Source: Candidatus Aegiribacteria sp. (GTDB lineage Bacteria > Fermentibacterota > Fermentibacteria > Fermentibacterales > JCC-6). Taken from it: a stretch of DNA of 64,000 bases. Both the position numbers and the translations under genes were made by a program. Under the pieces are notes generated by a model that saw only the letters and a program-made list of their open reading frames with translations, was not told the DNA's origin and ran no database searches. Positions within the stretch are counted from its first letter, which is position 1; every line of letters begins with the position of its first letter. Shown here in pieces: positions 18,520-27,746 of the stretch. Location of the stretch: positions 1,921 to 65,920 of the forward strand of contig JAUVEU010000006.1 of the NCBI GenBank assembly GCA_030594645.1, read 5' to 3'.

Positions 18520-19725
18520 GTGCGAATCTGCGATACAAACAGTTTTTATTCAGAGACCGGCGGTGGGATCAGGGTCTACCACGACAGGAAGCTGGAGTAT
18601 TTCGCCAACCGTCCCGAGCACTCAATTGCCCTTGTAATTCCCGGTGGAACCAATGATTGCGCTGTAGAGGGAAACACCAGTGTATACAAAGTAAAATCCC
18701 TTCCCTTATTGAATTCAGGATACCGCCTTATTGTTGACAGCGGGGGATTAACGTCTGCTTTCGGGGATTTCAAACCTGATCTGGTTGAGATCGGAAGTCC
18801 CTATCTGCTTCCGATTCACACCCGAAAAGCCCTTGGCAGCTCTTCTGTTCCTACCGTAGGGTTTTATCATGCGGATTATCCTGACAGTTACGTTAAGCCT
18901 TTTACTGATAAATTTTTTCCAGGACTTGCTGGACCGCTGACCAAACTGGCCAGGAGCCACGTCAGGAGAACATACGGCGGGATGACAGCTGTTTTTGCCG
19001 CCAGCAGGTGCATACTTCAGAAACTTTATGACTCAGGAGTGAAGAGGCTCTTTTTTACTCCTCTTGGTGTCAGTACAGATCAGTTCTCTCCTTCGAGACG
19101 CTCTGATGATTTCAGGCGGGCTCTGGGTGTTCACAGTGGAAGTAAACTTGTGCTCTACCTCGCAAGGCTGCACAGGGAAAAAGGTCTTGATCTGCTGATT
19201 AAGGCATATCCACTGTTCAGAGACCCGGATTCAATCAAACTTGTTATTGGAGGACATGGCCCTGCTGAAGGCAGGTTGAGGGAATTCATCAACCAGTATC
19301 CTGAAGTACGTCGTCTTCCGTACCTTCCAGATCGTGATGCGGTGGCTGAGGCAATGGCTTCAGCTGACGTATACCTGTCACTCGGTCAGTCAGAGACATT
19401 CGGACTGGCGGGTCTTGAGGCGATTTCATGCGGCACAACACCTGTTCTCCCTGACTCAGGAGCATCAGGTGATATGGCTGTATCTCTTGGGTTTGTTCCT
19501 CCTTACCGGCCAGACAGTCCGGAAAGCCTTGCAAATGCTATCGTGTCCGCTGCGGCAATGTCCGATTCAGAGACAACGGATTACCTCAGACGATTTGCTC
19601 TTGACGGACATGACTGGAATTCCGTGTTCCAAAGGATAGAAGTTTTCTACCAGAGAATCATCAGTGCTTTCAGAGATGGAAATTTGAGCAGCCTGATTCC
19701 TCCTGACAAATGGTGGGAGGAATGA
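18520..19725 (+). CDS. Glycosyltransferase family 4 (GT-B), GTG start
   Basis: Pattern LARLHREKGLDLLI...SLGQSETFGLAGLEAISCGTPV, which is the E-x7-E region typical of GT4. Confidence 0.85.
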   Translation: MRICDTNSFYSETGGGIRVYHDRKLEYFANRPEHSIALVIPGGTNDCAVEGNTSVYKVKSLPLLNSGYRLIVDSGGLTSAFGDFKPDLVEIGSPYLLPIHTRKALGSSSVPTVGFYHADYPDSYVKPFTDKFFPGLAGPLTKLARSHVRRTYGGMTAVFAASRCILQKLYDSGVKRLFFTPLGVSTDQFSPSRRSDDFRRALGVHSGSKLVLYLARLHREKGLDLLIKAYPLFRDPDSIKLVIGGHGPAEGRLREFINQYPEVRRLPYLPDRDAVAEAMASADVYLSLGQSETFGLAGLEAISCGTTPVLPDSGASGDMAVSLGFVPPYRPDSPESLANAIVSAAAMSDSETTDYLRRFALDGHDWNSVFQRIEVFYQRIISAFRDGNLSSLIPPDKWWEE

Positions 19726-20480
19726 TGGCAGAAGAAAAATTGGTTCATATTACCCTGCACGATGTGTCTCCCAGATATGAAAAAACCATTATGCTTATTC
19801 ACGATATGCTGGTTGAGCTGGGAGCGACACGGTACAGCATGCTGGTAGTTCCCGATTTCTGGGGGGAATGGCCGCTTGAGAATTCCCCCGGATTCTGTGA
19901 ATGGCTCAGAGAACTCTCTGCAGGGGGAACAGAGATGATCCTCCATGGATACCATCACTATGACAGCATCGGCAGTCACGGAGCAATTGATCGAGTCAGA
20001 TCAGCACTCTTCACGAGAGGAGAGGGAGAATTCCTGGGACTTGACTGCGAGGCTGCTGCGGGGTTGCTTTCAAAAGGAAAAAACGAACTTGAGAGAATAC
20101 TGAAAACCGATATAACGGGTTTCACTGCACCGGCATGGCTATACAGCAAGGGAACGCTGAAAGCACTTTCGGAAATCGGATTCACATATGCCGAAAGCAG
20201 ATGGAGAACATGGAATCCATTGACTGGTGATACGTATCTTAGAGTACCGGTCGTGAATTATGCTGGAGGCGGCAGCCTGAAAAGATGGGTGGCTGATCTC
20301 TGGGTTACATCATCCGGAGTTGTCCTTGGCGGAGCGCGGACTGTCAGGTTCGCGATTCATCCCGCTGATTTCGAGAATGAAATCACAAGAGGTAAAATTA
20401 AAAAACATCTTGAGACGCTTCTCAGAAAAAGAACAGCGAGGGGACATGCACGCTCTGGTGCGTGTCCCCAAAGAACATGA
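19710..20480 (+). CDS. DUF2334-type predicted polysaccharide deacetylase; 3' end overlaps a REP-like hairpin
   Basis: HITLHDVSP...HGYHH...FAIHPADF pattern, overlapping the preceding GT4 gene. The last ~14 codons are encoded by the hairpin at 20440-20469. Confidence 0.7.
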   Translation: MVGGMMAEEKLVHITLHDVSPRYEKTIMLIHDMLVELGATRYSMLVVPDFWGEWPLENSPGFCEWLRELSAGGTEMILHGYHHYDSIGSHGAIDRVRSALFTRGEGEFLGLDCEAAAGLLSKGKNELERILKTDITGFTAPAWLYSKGTLKALSEIGFTYAESRWRTWNPLTGDTYLRVPVVNYAGGGSLKRWVADLWVTSSGVVLGGARTVRFAIHPADFENEITRGKIKKHLETLLRKRTARGHARSGACPQRT

Positions 20481-20499
20481 CGCTCTGCTGCGCGTCCCC
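20440..20499. repeat. REP-like hairpin copy 2 (20440-20469) plus tandem arm-only copy (20480-20499)
   Basis: The hairpin is ggggacatgcac-gctctg-gtgcgtgtcccc, a 12-bp stem with one G.U pair. It is followed 10 nt later by acgctctgctgcgcgtcccc, which repeats the loop plus the 3' arm. Confidence 0.65.
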
Positions 20500-20601
20500 G
20501 CATCAAGGGAATCTTGCTTATATTCATTAAAACAAAAAGCTTACTACGGACATACACTCTATGAGTGAGCATCAGCGCACAAATGGGACAGGGGACGGGA
20601 A

Positions 20602-21291
20602 ATGTATCTAGGATTCGTTGATATGAATGCAGGATTTCTGATTATCATTGCCGCTATGATCATAGGTATGATAGCCAGATCAAAGGTTAAAGGCACATAT
20701 AGAAAGTTCAGTCAGGTTTCCACCGGCAGAGGGCTTTCCGGAGCTCTCGTCGCAAGACAGATACTTGATAACTATGGCCTGGCCAATATAGATATTGAAG
20801 AAATTTCAGGACATCTGACGGATCACTACGATTCCCGCAGCAGCACACTCAGACTTTCTCAGAATGTATACGGGGGGACATCCATAGCTTCCGTTGGAGT
20901 TGCCGCGCATGAAGCCGGCCATGCTGTTCAGGACGCAATGGGTTACGGTCCGTTTCAGATCAGACAGAAGCTGGTACCGGTTGCCAATCTGGGATCCCAG
21001 ATGCTGTTTCCGCTGATAATCGGTGGTCTGTTCTTTCATATAACTGCGTTATATTACGTTGGTGCTGCTCTTTACGGTGCAGCGTTGCTGTTTCAACTGG
21101 TTACTCTTCCAGTTGAGTTCGATGCAAGCAGAAGAGCAGTCGTTTACCTTGAGAAAAGCGGCAGCATGACTGCGGGTGAACTGCAGGGCGTCAGAAAAGT
21201 CCTCGGCGCTGCTGCTATGACTTACGTTGCCGCTGCGCTTGCCTCTCTGGGTCAGATGATCTGGCTGCTCCTTGCCGGCAGGAGAAGATAA
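20602..21291 (+). CDS. Membrane zinc metallopeptidase, YugP-like (Zn_peptidase_2 family)
   Basis: N-terminal TM helix, HEAGHAVQ zinc motif, and C-terminal TM helices. 229 aa. Confidence 0.85.
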   Translation: MYLGFVDMNAGFLIIIAAMIIGMIARSKVKGTYRKFSQVSTGRGLSGALVARQILDNYGLANIDIEEISGHLTDHYDSRSSTLRLSQNVYGGTSIASVGVAAHEAGHAVQDAMGYGPFQIRQKLVPVANLGSQMLFPLIIGGLFFHITALYYVGAALYGAALLFQLVTLPVEFDASRRAVVYLEKSGSMTAGELQGVRKVLGAAAMTYVAAALASLGQMIWLLLAGRRR

Positions 21292-21917
21292 TGGGTATTG
21301 AAACTCCATTCGTAATTATCCTTGTTTTCTTCAGTGTAGTATGCCATGAAATTGCTCATGGATATGTTGCTCTGAAGCTTGGTGACCCCACAGCTTACAG
21401 GATGGGCAGACTCACGTTTAACCCGGTTCCTCACATAGATCCTATTGGAACTATTCTACTCCCGGCAATGTTTTTAATAACCAACAGTCCGATAATGCTT
21501 GCATGGGCAAAACCGGTTCCGGTTGATCCGAGGCATTTTCGAGATCCAAAACAGGGAATGATGTGGGTTGCCATAGCAGGACCCGCGACCAACCTTGCCA
21601 TAGCCCTTGTCTTAACAGTTCTGCTTCATCTCGCATCCGGTATGATGCCGGCTATACTTATGCACAGTCTGGCTATGGCTGCTCTGATGAATATTGTACT
21701 TATGGTTTTCAACCTCCTGCCTATACCACCTCTTGATGGCAGCAGAATTGTAGCGAGATTTCTTCACGGACAGGCTCTGTACAGTTATAGAAAGTTAGAG
21801 CGCTTCGGCCTGTTTATCGTGTTCGGCCTCCTCTGGTTCGGAGCCCTTTCTAAAATCCTGTATCCGGCATTGAATTTCGCCATCCGGCACCTCGACCTCA
21901 GCCAATTCTTCCGCTAA
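21291..21917 (+). CDS. Site-2 protease family (peptidase M50) membrane protein
   Basis: HEIAHGYVA (HExxH) in TM1 and NLLPIPPLDGSRI (the LDG motif). ATGA-type overlap with the upstream gene. Confidence 0.8.
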   Translation: MGIETPFVIILVFFSVVCHEIAHGYVALKLGDPTAYRMGRLTFNPVPHIDPIGTILLPAMFLITNSPIMLAWAKPVPVDPRHFRDPKQGMMWVAIAGPATNLAIALVLTVLLHLASGMMPAILMHSLAMAALMNIVLMVFNLLPIPPLDGSRIVARFLHGQALYSYRKLERFGLFIVFGLLWFGALSKILYPALNFAIRHLDLSQFFR

Positions 21918-21928
21918 AGGGTCAAACC

Positions 21929-21956
21929 TTGTATTTTGACATTTTGTCATTATAAT
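21929..21956 (+). promoter_or_regulatory. Promoter candidate inside the element's left end; predicts a leaderless transposase mRNA
   Basis: TTGTAT (21929-34), 16-nt spacer, TATAAT (21951-56). The ATG at 21963 lies 7 nt after the -10, and there is no SD. Confidence 0.3.
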
Positions 21957-21962
21957 ATCTCC

Positions 21963-22829
21963 ATGACAAGGCCATTACGTATTATGTTTCCGGGAGCACT
22001 CTACCATGTATATGTTCGTGGTAACGGTTGCCAGCCTATTTATCTTGATGATAATGACAGATATAAGTTTTCTGAAATATTACAGAAAATACTGAATCGG
22101 CTGAAGTGGAAATGTTATGCCTTCTGTCTAATGGATACTCACTACCACCTTTTTATCGAGACTCCCGAAATGAATCTGTCTAAGGGAATGCAAAGCCTTA
22201 ACGGTATATACGCACAGTACTTCAATAAGCATCATGATCTTGTCGGACATGTTTTTCAGGGGAGATACAACGCGATAGTTGTTGATGGTGAGAATTACTT
22301 CCTGGAACTTTGCAGGTATATCGTACTTAATCCTGTGAAAGCGGGAATTGTTGAGAGGCCGGAAGATTATCTCTGGAGCAGTTACAGGCAGATGGTTGGA
22401 ATTGATGAAAGCATGCCCTTTATTAAGACCTCGGCACTGCTGAAACATTTTGAAAGTTCATCTGGAACAGCTGGAGAAAATTTCAGGAAGTTTGTACTTG
22501 ATGGAATATCAGGTGATTCTCCGCTTGAAGATACCAGGGGGGGATTGATACTCGGTAAAGACAAATTCGTTGAGTCTTTAAAAGATATAATGAGTTATTC
22601 TAAAAGTGAATCTGAATTTACGAAGTGTCAGCGTCATTCGAATAGACCTTCAATTGAGAAACTATTTGTCATTGGTGTGAGGTCTGTAAAGGAAGCAAGA
22701 GACAAAGCTATATACAAGGCATATATTGACTATGGATACAGCCAGAAGGAGATAGCTGATTTCTTAGAACTTAACTTTGCAACTGTGTCACGTATTGTAA
22801 AGAAAGAGCTAGATTATAGTAAATATTAG
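21963..22829 (+). CDS. REP-associated-type tyrosine (HUH/Y1, IS200-like) transposase fused to a C-terminal helix-turn-helix
   Basis: ALYHVYVRGN, HUH motif MDTHYHLFIE, catalytic Tyr context LCRYIVLNPVKAG...YLWSSY, and C-terminal HTH GYSQKEIADFLELNFATVSRIV. The ATG at 21963 is preferred over the track's TTG at 21936. Confidence 0.85.
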   Translation: MTRPLRIMFPGALYHVYVRGNGCQPIYLDDNDRYKFSEILQKILNRLKWKCYAFCLMDTHYHLFIETPEMNLSKGMQSLNGIYAQYFNKHHDLVGHVFQGRYNAIVVDGENYFLELCRYIVLNPVKAGIVERPEDYLWSSYRQMVGIDESMPFIKTSALLKHFESSSGTAGENFRKFVLDGISGDSPLEDTRGGLILGKDKFVESLKDIMSYSKSESEFTKCQRHSNRPSIEKLFVIGVRSVKEARDKAIYKAYIDYGYSQKEIADFLELNFATVSRIVKKELDYSKY

Positions 22830-22882
22830 TGTAGTAATAGTACAATAAGTATAAATACAAGGTTTGACCCTCGGAGGTTAGC

Positions 22883-24379
22883 ATGGTTCTGATTATGATA
22901 GCAATGGCAATATTCGGTGAGATTTACGATGAAATTCCACTTACAGTTAATCCGGACCCGAACTACATTCCGGATACGTATGAGGAATGGCTTGGCAGTC
23001 AGCCTGATTATGAGCCCTTCAGTGTAAGAATAATCAGGGGAACTGATGGAGCTGATTTACTGATGATCTTCGAAGAGGGATTGACAGACAGTCTTGATGC
23101 CGGGCTGCTGGATCAGTGGATTGCTGACATTACCTCCCAGGGACTGACCGCGGAGGTGATTGAAATTCCCTACACCTCACCTGAGGACATCAAGGATTAC
23201 CTCAAATTTCAATACAATAATAACGGTCTTGAAGGTGCGATACTTATCGGTAATCTTTCTGTGGCATGGTGCATGATGGATAATGACTTCTTGAGGTATG
23301 GAGAATCCTTTCCAGCTGACTACTTCTTCATGGATCTGGATGGTACATGGGAGGATCTCTGGATAGGATATCCGTCCGAAGGTGTTCCCGGTACCGATGG
23401 CAAGTATGACACTATCGGTGGAAGTCTTGATTCTGAAATCTATGTTGGTAGAATAAAAGTTGATAATCTTTCTGCTCTTGGTGATCCGGTTGACCTGCTC
23501 AATGAATACCTCCAGCGTAATCATGAGTGGAGAACAAATAACGATCCTGTATTACCCGTTGCCTTATGCTATGTGGACGATGACTGGACCACCTGGGGAG
23601 ATGAATGGGCTGCGGACATGGGAAAGCTCTATTCAAATATCATTCTTGTAAAACAGTCAAGTGAAACTAATGGCACTGACTATCTCTATAACAGGCTTCC
23701 AGATACTTACGTGTGGATAAGTCCATTCGTTCATTCCGGGCCTGACACGCACTACTGGCAGCCAGGTCCGACCACTACCTGGAATGAACTGGTTCCAGCG
23801 AACCCTTTTGCACACTTCTACAATCTGTTTGCCTGTTCTAATGCCAGGTTCACAACTGTTCATTGCATGGGCTCCGTATATACATTCTGTACTGCGTCCG
23901 GCCTGGCTTCTGTTGGAAGCACCAAGAGCGGTGCTATGCTCCATTTCTCACCATTCTATTCCCCTATGGGGAACGGCGCTTCTATTGGTGAAGCATACGC
24001 TGACTGGTGGGATTACATCACTCAGGGCGGATTGTCGCCATCTGAAAGGTCATGGCATCTGGGAATGGTTCTTCTTGGAGATCCCACGCTCATGCCGTCT
24101 ATGCATATGGTGGGTATTGAAGAAGAAGATATTAGCCCTGGCGCTCTTTCCGGGTTGGCAATTGCTGGAAACCCCTGTTATTCGGAAGTAGTTATCTCAT
24201 ATCCGGCTGAACATGGTTCAGTCGAGCTCTACGATACTTCCGGAAGACTTGTTGCTGACGGACTTATTGAAGATACATCCTGTTCTTTGGATGTAACATC
24301 CCTGGGAACAGGTTTCTACATTGTTCGTGTAAGAGTTGAAGGAGAATCAGCAACCGCTTCTGTTGTGATTTTAAAGTGA
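22883..24379 (+). CDS. Secreted gingipain-like (peptidase C25-like) protein with T9SS C-terminal sorting domain
   Basis: C25-like strings (LIGNLSVAWC, FACSNARF, LLGDPTL) as I recall the family. The C-terminus VELYDTSGRLV...GFYIVRVRV...VVILK is a Por_Secre_tail type. Confidence 0.65.
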   Translation: MVLIMIAMAIFGEIYDEIPLTVNPDPNYIPDTYEEWLGSQPDYEPFSVRIIRGTDGADLLMIFEEGLTDSLDAGLLDQWIADITSQGLTAEVIEIPYTSPEDIKDYLKFQYNNNGLEGAILIGNLSVAWCMMDNDFLRYGESFPADYFFMDLDGTWEDLWIGYPSEGVPGTDGKYDTIGGSLDSEIYVGRIKVDNLSALGDPVDLLNEYLQRNHEWRTNNDPVLPVALCYVDDDWTTWGDEWAADMGKLYSNIILVKQSSETNGTDYLYNRLPDTYVWISPFVHSGPDTHYWQPGPTTTWNELVPANPFAHFYNLFACSNARFTTVHCMGSVYTFCTASGLASVGSTKSGAMLHFSPFYSPMGNGASIGEAYADWWDYITQGGLSPSERSWHLGMVLLGDPTLMPSMHMVGIEEEDISPGALSGLAIAGNPCYSEVVISYPAEHGSVELYDTSGRLVADGLIEDTSCSLDVTSLGTGFYIVRVRVEGESATASVVILK

Positions 24380-24384
24380 TCGAT

Positions 24385-24412
24385 CAGGGGACACGATAAA
24401 ACGTGTCCCCTG
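24385..24412. terminator. 11-bp hairpin between convergent genes; short member of the REP-like family
   Basis: caggggacacg-ataaaa-cgtgtcccctg lies between the stops at 24379 (+) and 24428 (-). There is no T-tract. Confidence 0.5.
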
Positions 24413-24427
24413 AACCTTCATACTTAT

Positions 24428-26026
24428 CTAGAAAGTTGTCCACATTCCAGGATCTGATGGTAGTTTGTCAAGAATCTCTTCATTGATGACAAGAATGTAC
24501 TTCTCTTCAAGATCCTGAACCAATTCAATAGTGGCCTGCTCCTGAAGTCTGGTCATAGCCATGTCTTTCAGACTTCGCCTGACTTCATCAATTGTTGCAA
24601 CCCTTGGAGGCACTACTTCTATAAGCCTGAGCAAAGCAGACCCATCATCAGCGAATACACTGACAGGACCCAGCCAGGTTGTAGTATCTGACGGATCGAG
24701 TAAGAATATTTCTTCACCATGGCCTCCTGGAATTTCACCAAATCTCAGAGGTCTGGTAATCTGGGGTTGAGTCGAATCAGCTGCGAGGTATCCGAAACCG
24801 TCAAGCTCTGAGATAAATTCTTCCAATTCCTCCTGATATACCGCCTGTCGGAAATCCTCAATCATCTCAGCTGGAATATAGGCTGCTTGAAGTACACGCT
24901 TCTCCTCAATCATGAAAGGTTCTTCAAGAGTCTCGTATTCGTATATAATGTCAGATTCAGTTACGGTTACGTTTGAGCGTATCATGTCATTGTAGTACAT
25001 TTCGGAGGTGAAATTGAGCAGGTAGGTTTCAGATTCCGCACGGAGGGAGTCCAGTATTTCGGGAGCTTCCTCCTGAATAAACTCATGGAAGTAGCACTGC
25101 ATCAGCAGGACCTGAATCATATCCTCAATCCAGACTGAAGACCCTGGCTGAACATCAATACGGGTATCAAGATAATGAATTTCATCTTCAAGATTCTTTA
25201 CTGTCCAGGTTCCGAAATCCGATTCAACGATAACTTCGTCATCAGGCATATCAGGATTATTGCCGATAAGATGCTGAGTGAAATCCTCAACCTTAACCGG
25301 ATCAACGGTGACCGAGTAATCAGTGTAGATTCGGCTGCTGATGCCCCGCGCCCATCGATCGAATCTTGCATTAGAAAAATCTCTTGTCGCCATATCACTG
25401 ACTGTAACCGGATCAGAAAGAGCATTCTTGATCAGTACAGAATCGACCATTATCAGTGTATCGAGCCTTACAAGCAGACCCGATTCGTCAGTTCCGATTT
25501 CATTGATTGATAATGTATCAAGATGCATGGAAAGTTCACGTTGCAGATTCGGGAGATGTACAGGACCGACGCGGTATTCATTATAAGAACCAGGATTGAC
25601 CGTATACACTACGTTTCTGCCCATGTGCTCGCCGTAGTACTGAATATCGGACTCGGTAACTTCAGCAACCTCCCGATCAATAAGTATTCTCTTTGCTGCT
25701 GAGGCGGTTTCGACCATCAACCACGAAGCTTTGAAAGACAGAAAAAGAGGATCAGTCAGGTATCCCTCTGCTTCAAGCTCCTTCTCAAGAATGACTCGTC
25801 TCCCGTAGGCTACAATGAATTCCCCAATGGTATTGTCCTTTGACAGAAATGACTCTCTCTGAAGGCTATCCATTCCCAGCCATGCTTCACCGAGTTGTCC
25901 GACGGATAAGGTGTCATCCCTGACATTCAGAATCCAGGTTGAACTATCTGCTGAAGGGCCGAAACACGCAGTGAGAAAAAGCATTAGAACCACCAGAGAT
26001 ACTACGTAGACTCTATAAAGTTTCAA
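24428..26026 (-). CDS. Lipoprotein, possibly a SurA/PpiD-like periplasmic chaperone (weak)
   Basis: Lipobox LFLTAC|FG. 532 aa and helix-rich. The chaperone idea rests only on general resemblance at the N- and C-termini. Confidence 0.5.
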   Translation of the reverse strand: MKLYRVYVVSLVVLMLFLTACFGPSADSSTWILNVRDDTLSVGQLGEAWLGMDSLQRESFLSKDNTIGEFIVAYGRRVILEKELEAEGYLTDPLFLSFKASWLMVETASAAKRILIDREVAEVTESDIQYYGEHMGRNVVYTVNPGSYNEYRVGPVHLPNLQRELSMHLDTLSINEIGTDESGLLVRLDTLIMVDSVLIKNALSDPVTVSDMATRDFSNARFDRWARGISSRIYTDYSVTVDPVKVEDFTQHLIGNNPDMPDDEVIVESDFGTWTVKNLEDEIHYLDTRIDVQPGSSVWIEDMIQVLLMQCYFHEFIQEEAPEILDSLRAESETYLLNFTSEMYYNDMIRSNVTVTESDIIYEYETLEEPFMIEEKRVLQAAYIPAEMIEDFRQAVYQEELEEFISELDGFGYLAADSTQPQITRPLRFGEIPGGHGEEIFLLDPSDTTTWLGPVSVFADDGSALLRLIEVVPPRVATIDEVRRSLKDMAMTRLQEQATIELVQDLEEKYILVINEEILDKLPSDPGMWTTF

Positions 26027-26081
26027 GTTAATATTCCTTTCTTACTATACTCGACCATCCCACATATGGAATGGCATTCGG

Positions 26082-27746
26082 TTACAAAACTGTACTGGGT
26101 CTGTATTCGCCGAATTCATCCCTGAGTACCCTGCATATTTCACCAAGAGTAGCGTAGCAGCGTACGGAGTCAAGTATGAACGGCATCAGATTATCTTTAG
26201 AGTCCGCAGCTTTCTGAAGAGCTTCAAGACTTGAATTAACAGCGCTGTTATCCCTGTCGTTCCTTATGCTGTCAAGCTTTGAAATCTGTGATTCAGCAAC
26301 GGAAGGATCTACCTTCAGCAGGCCTTCCGGCGGTCCTTCCGGAACTCTATAACTGTTAACTCCGACAACTACTCTTTCTTTTCTTTCGATATCACGCTGA
26401 TATTCGTAAGCTGATTCCTGTATCTTTCTTTGAGGATATCCATTCTCAATAGAGCTTACCATACCACCCATTGAATCGATTTTTCCGATATATTCCAGCG
26501 CTTCTGTTTCTATTTTATCTGTAAGATTCTCAACGAAATAGCTTCCCGCGAGCGGATCAACCGTATTCGCGATGCCGGATTCGTTGGCCACAATCTGCTG
26601 TGTTCTCAGAGCGATCCGTACCGCTTGCTCGGTTGGAAGAGAAAGGGCTTCGTCTCTGCTGTTCGTGTGAAGGCTCTGGGTGCCGCCGAGTACTGCTGCA
26701 AGAGTCTGAATTGCTACCCTCACGATATTGTTATCCGGTTGCTGAGCAGTCAGTGAGGAGCCGGCTGTCTGAGTGTGAAAACGGAGCATCAAGCTCTTCG
26801 GATTCTCTGCTTTGAACCGCTCTTTCATGATTTGTCCCCATAATCTCCTTGCAGCTCTGAATTTAGCTACTTCCTCAAGCAGATCATTGTGCGCGTTGAA
26901 GAAAAAACTGAGTCTGGGCGCGAAATCATCAACGTTCAGCCCTGCTTCAATTGCTGCCTCAACGTACGCTATACCGTCGGCAAGAGTGAATGCAACTTCC
27001 TGTGCGGCAGTGCACCCTGCTTCTCGAATGTGATATCCTGAAATACTTATTGTGTTCCATTTTGGTACATTGTCACTGCAGTAGCAGAAAATGTCAGTTA
27101 TAAGTCTCATGGATTGCGCAGGGGGGAAAATATAGGTTCCACGGGCCATGTACTCCTTCAGGATGTCATTTTGAATTGTGCCACGAAGCATTTTAGCCTG
27201 GATACCCTGCTTCTCCGCAACCGTAATGTACATCGCAAGGAGAACCGCAGCAGGAGCGTTTATGGTCATAGAGGTTGATACGCTATCAAGGGGGATCTGA
27301 TTGAAAAGGATCTCCATATCGGAGAGGCTGTCAATAGCGACGCCTACTTTACCTATCTCACCCTCACAGAGTGGATGGTCTGAATCGTATCCGATCTGAG
27401 TCGGGAGGTCGAACGCAACTGAAAGTCCGGTCTGCCCCTGTTCGAGAAGGTAGCGATACCGCTTATTCGATTCTTCCGCAGTCCCGAATCCCGCATATTG
27501 CCTCATTGTCCAGAACCGGCCCCTGTACATTGTGGGCTGTACTCCCCTCGTGAACGGATACTGTCCCGGGAAGCCCTGTTTCCTCAGATATTCCTCATCC
27601 GGCTTTTCAGAGAAGTAAACGCGTTCCACCTGCTCTCCCGATCCGGTAACGAAAGTTTCTTTTCTTTCAGGGAATTTATCCAGGACAGGGTCAAGAATAC
27701 TTTCTTCCCAGATTTTCCTTTTCTTTTCGAATGCTGCATCACTCAT
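26082..27746 (-). CDS. Acyl-CoA (methylmalonyl-CoA-type) mutase large subunit, no fused B12-binding domain
   Basis: [61 protein letters not shown] and SGYHIREAG. 554 aa. Confidence 0.92.
   Translation of the reverse strand: MSDAAFEKKRKIWEESILDPVLDKFPERKETFVTGSGEQVERVYFSEKPDEEYLRKQGFPGQYPFTRGVQPTMYRGRFWTMRQYAGFGTAEESNKRYRYLLEQGQTGLSVAFDLPTQIGYDSDHPLCEGEIGKVGVAIDSLSDMEILFNQIPLDSVSTSMTINAPAAVLLAMYITVAEKQGIQAKMLRGTIQNDILKEYMARGTYIFPPAQSMRLITDIFCYCSDNVPKWNTISISGYHIREAGCTAAQEVAFTLADGIAYVEAAIEAGLNVDDFAPRLSFFFNAHNDLLEEVAKFRAARRLWGQIMKERFKAENPKSLMLRFHTQTAGSSLTAQQPDNNIVRVAIQTLAAVLGGTQSLHTNSRDEALSLPTEQAVRIALRTQQIVANESGIANTVDPLAGSYFVENLTDKIETEALEYIGKIDSMGGMVSSIENGYPQRKIQESAYEYQRDIERKERVVVGVNSYRVPEGPPEGLLKVDPSVAESQISKLDSIRNDRDNSAVNSSLEALQKAADSKDNLMPFILDSVRCYATLGEICRVLRDEFGEYRPSTVL

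Larger units (their letters stand above)
21918..22871 (+). mobile_element. 954-bp element: RayT-like transposase gene bracketed by perfect 19-bp inverted repeats
   Basis: agggtcaaaccttgtattt (21918-36) and aaatacaaggtttgaccct (22853-71) are exact reverse complements. A subterminal hairpin ttgtcat-N12-atgacaa lies at 21944-69. The interior is AT-rich. Confidence 0.5.

Noticed and set aside
20320-20568. 82-aa plus-strand ORF crossing the 19710..20480 stop
   Set aside because: It is created by the REP-like hairpin insertion and its half-copy. There is no SD, and it overlaps the real gene in another frame.
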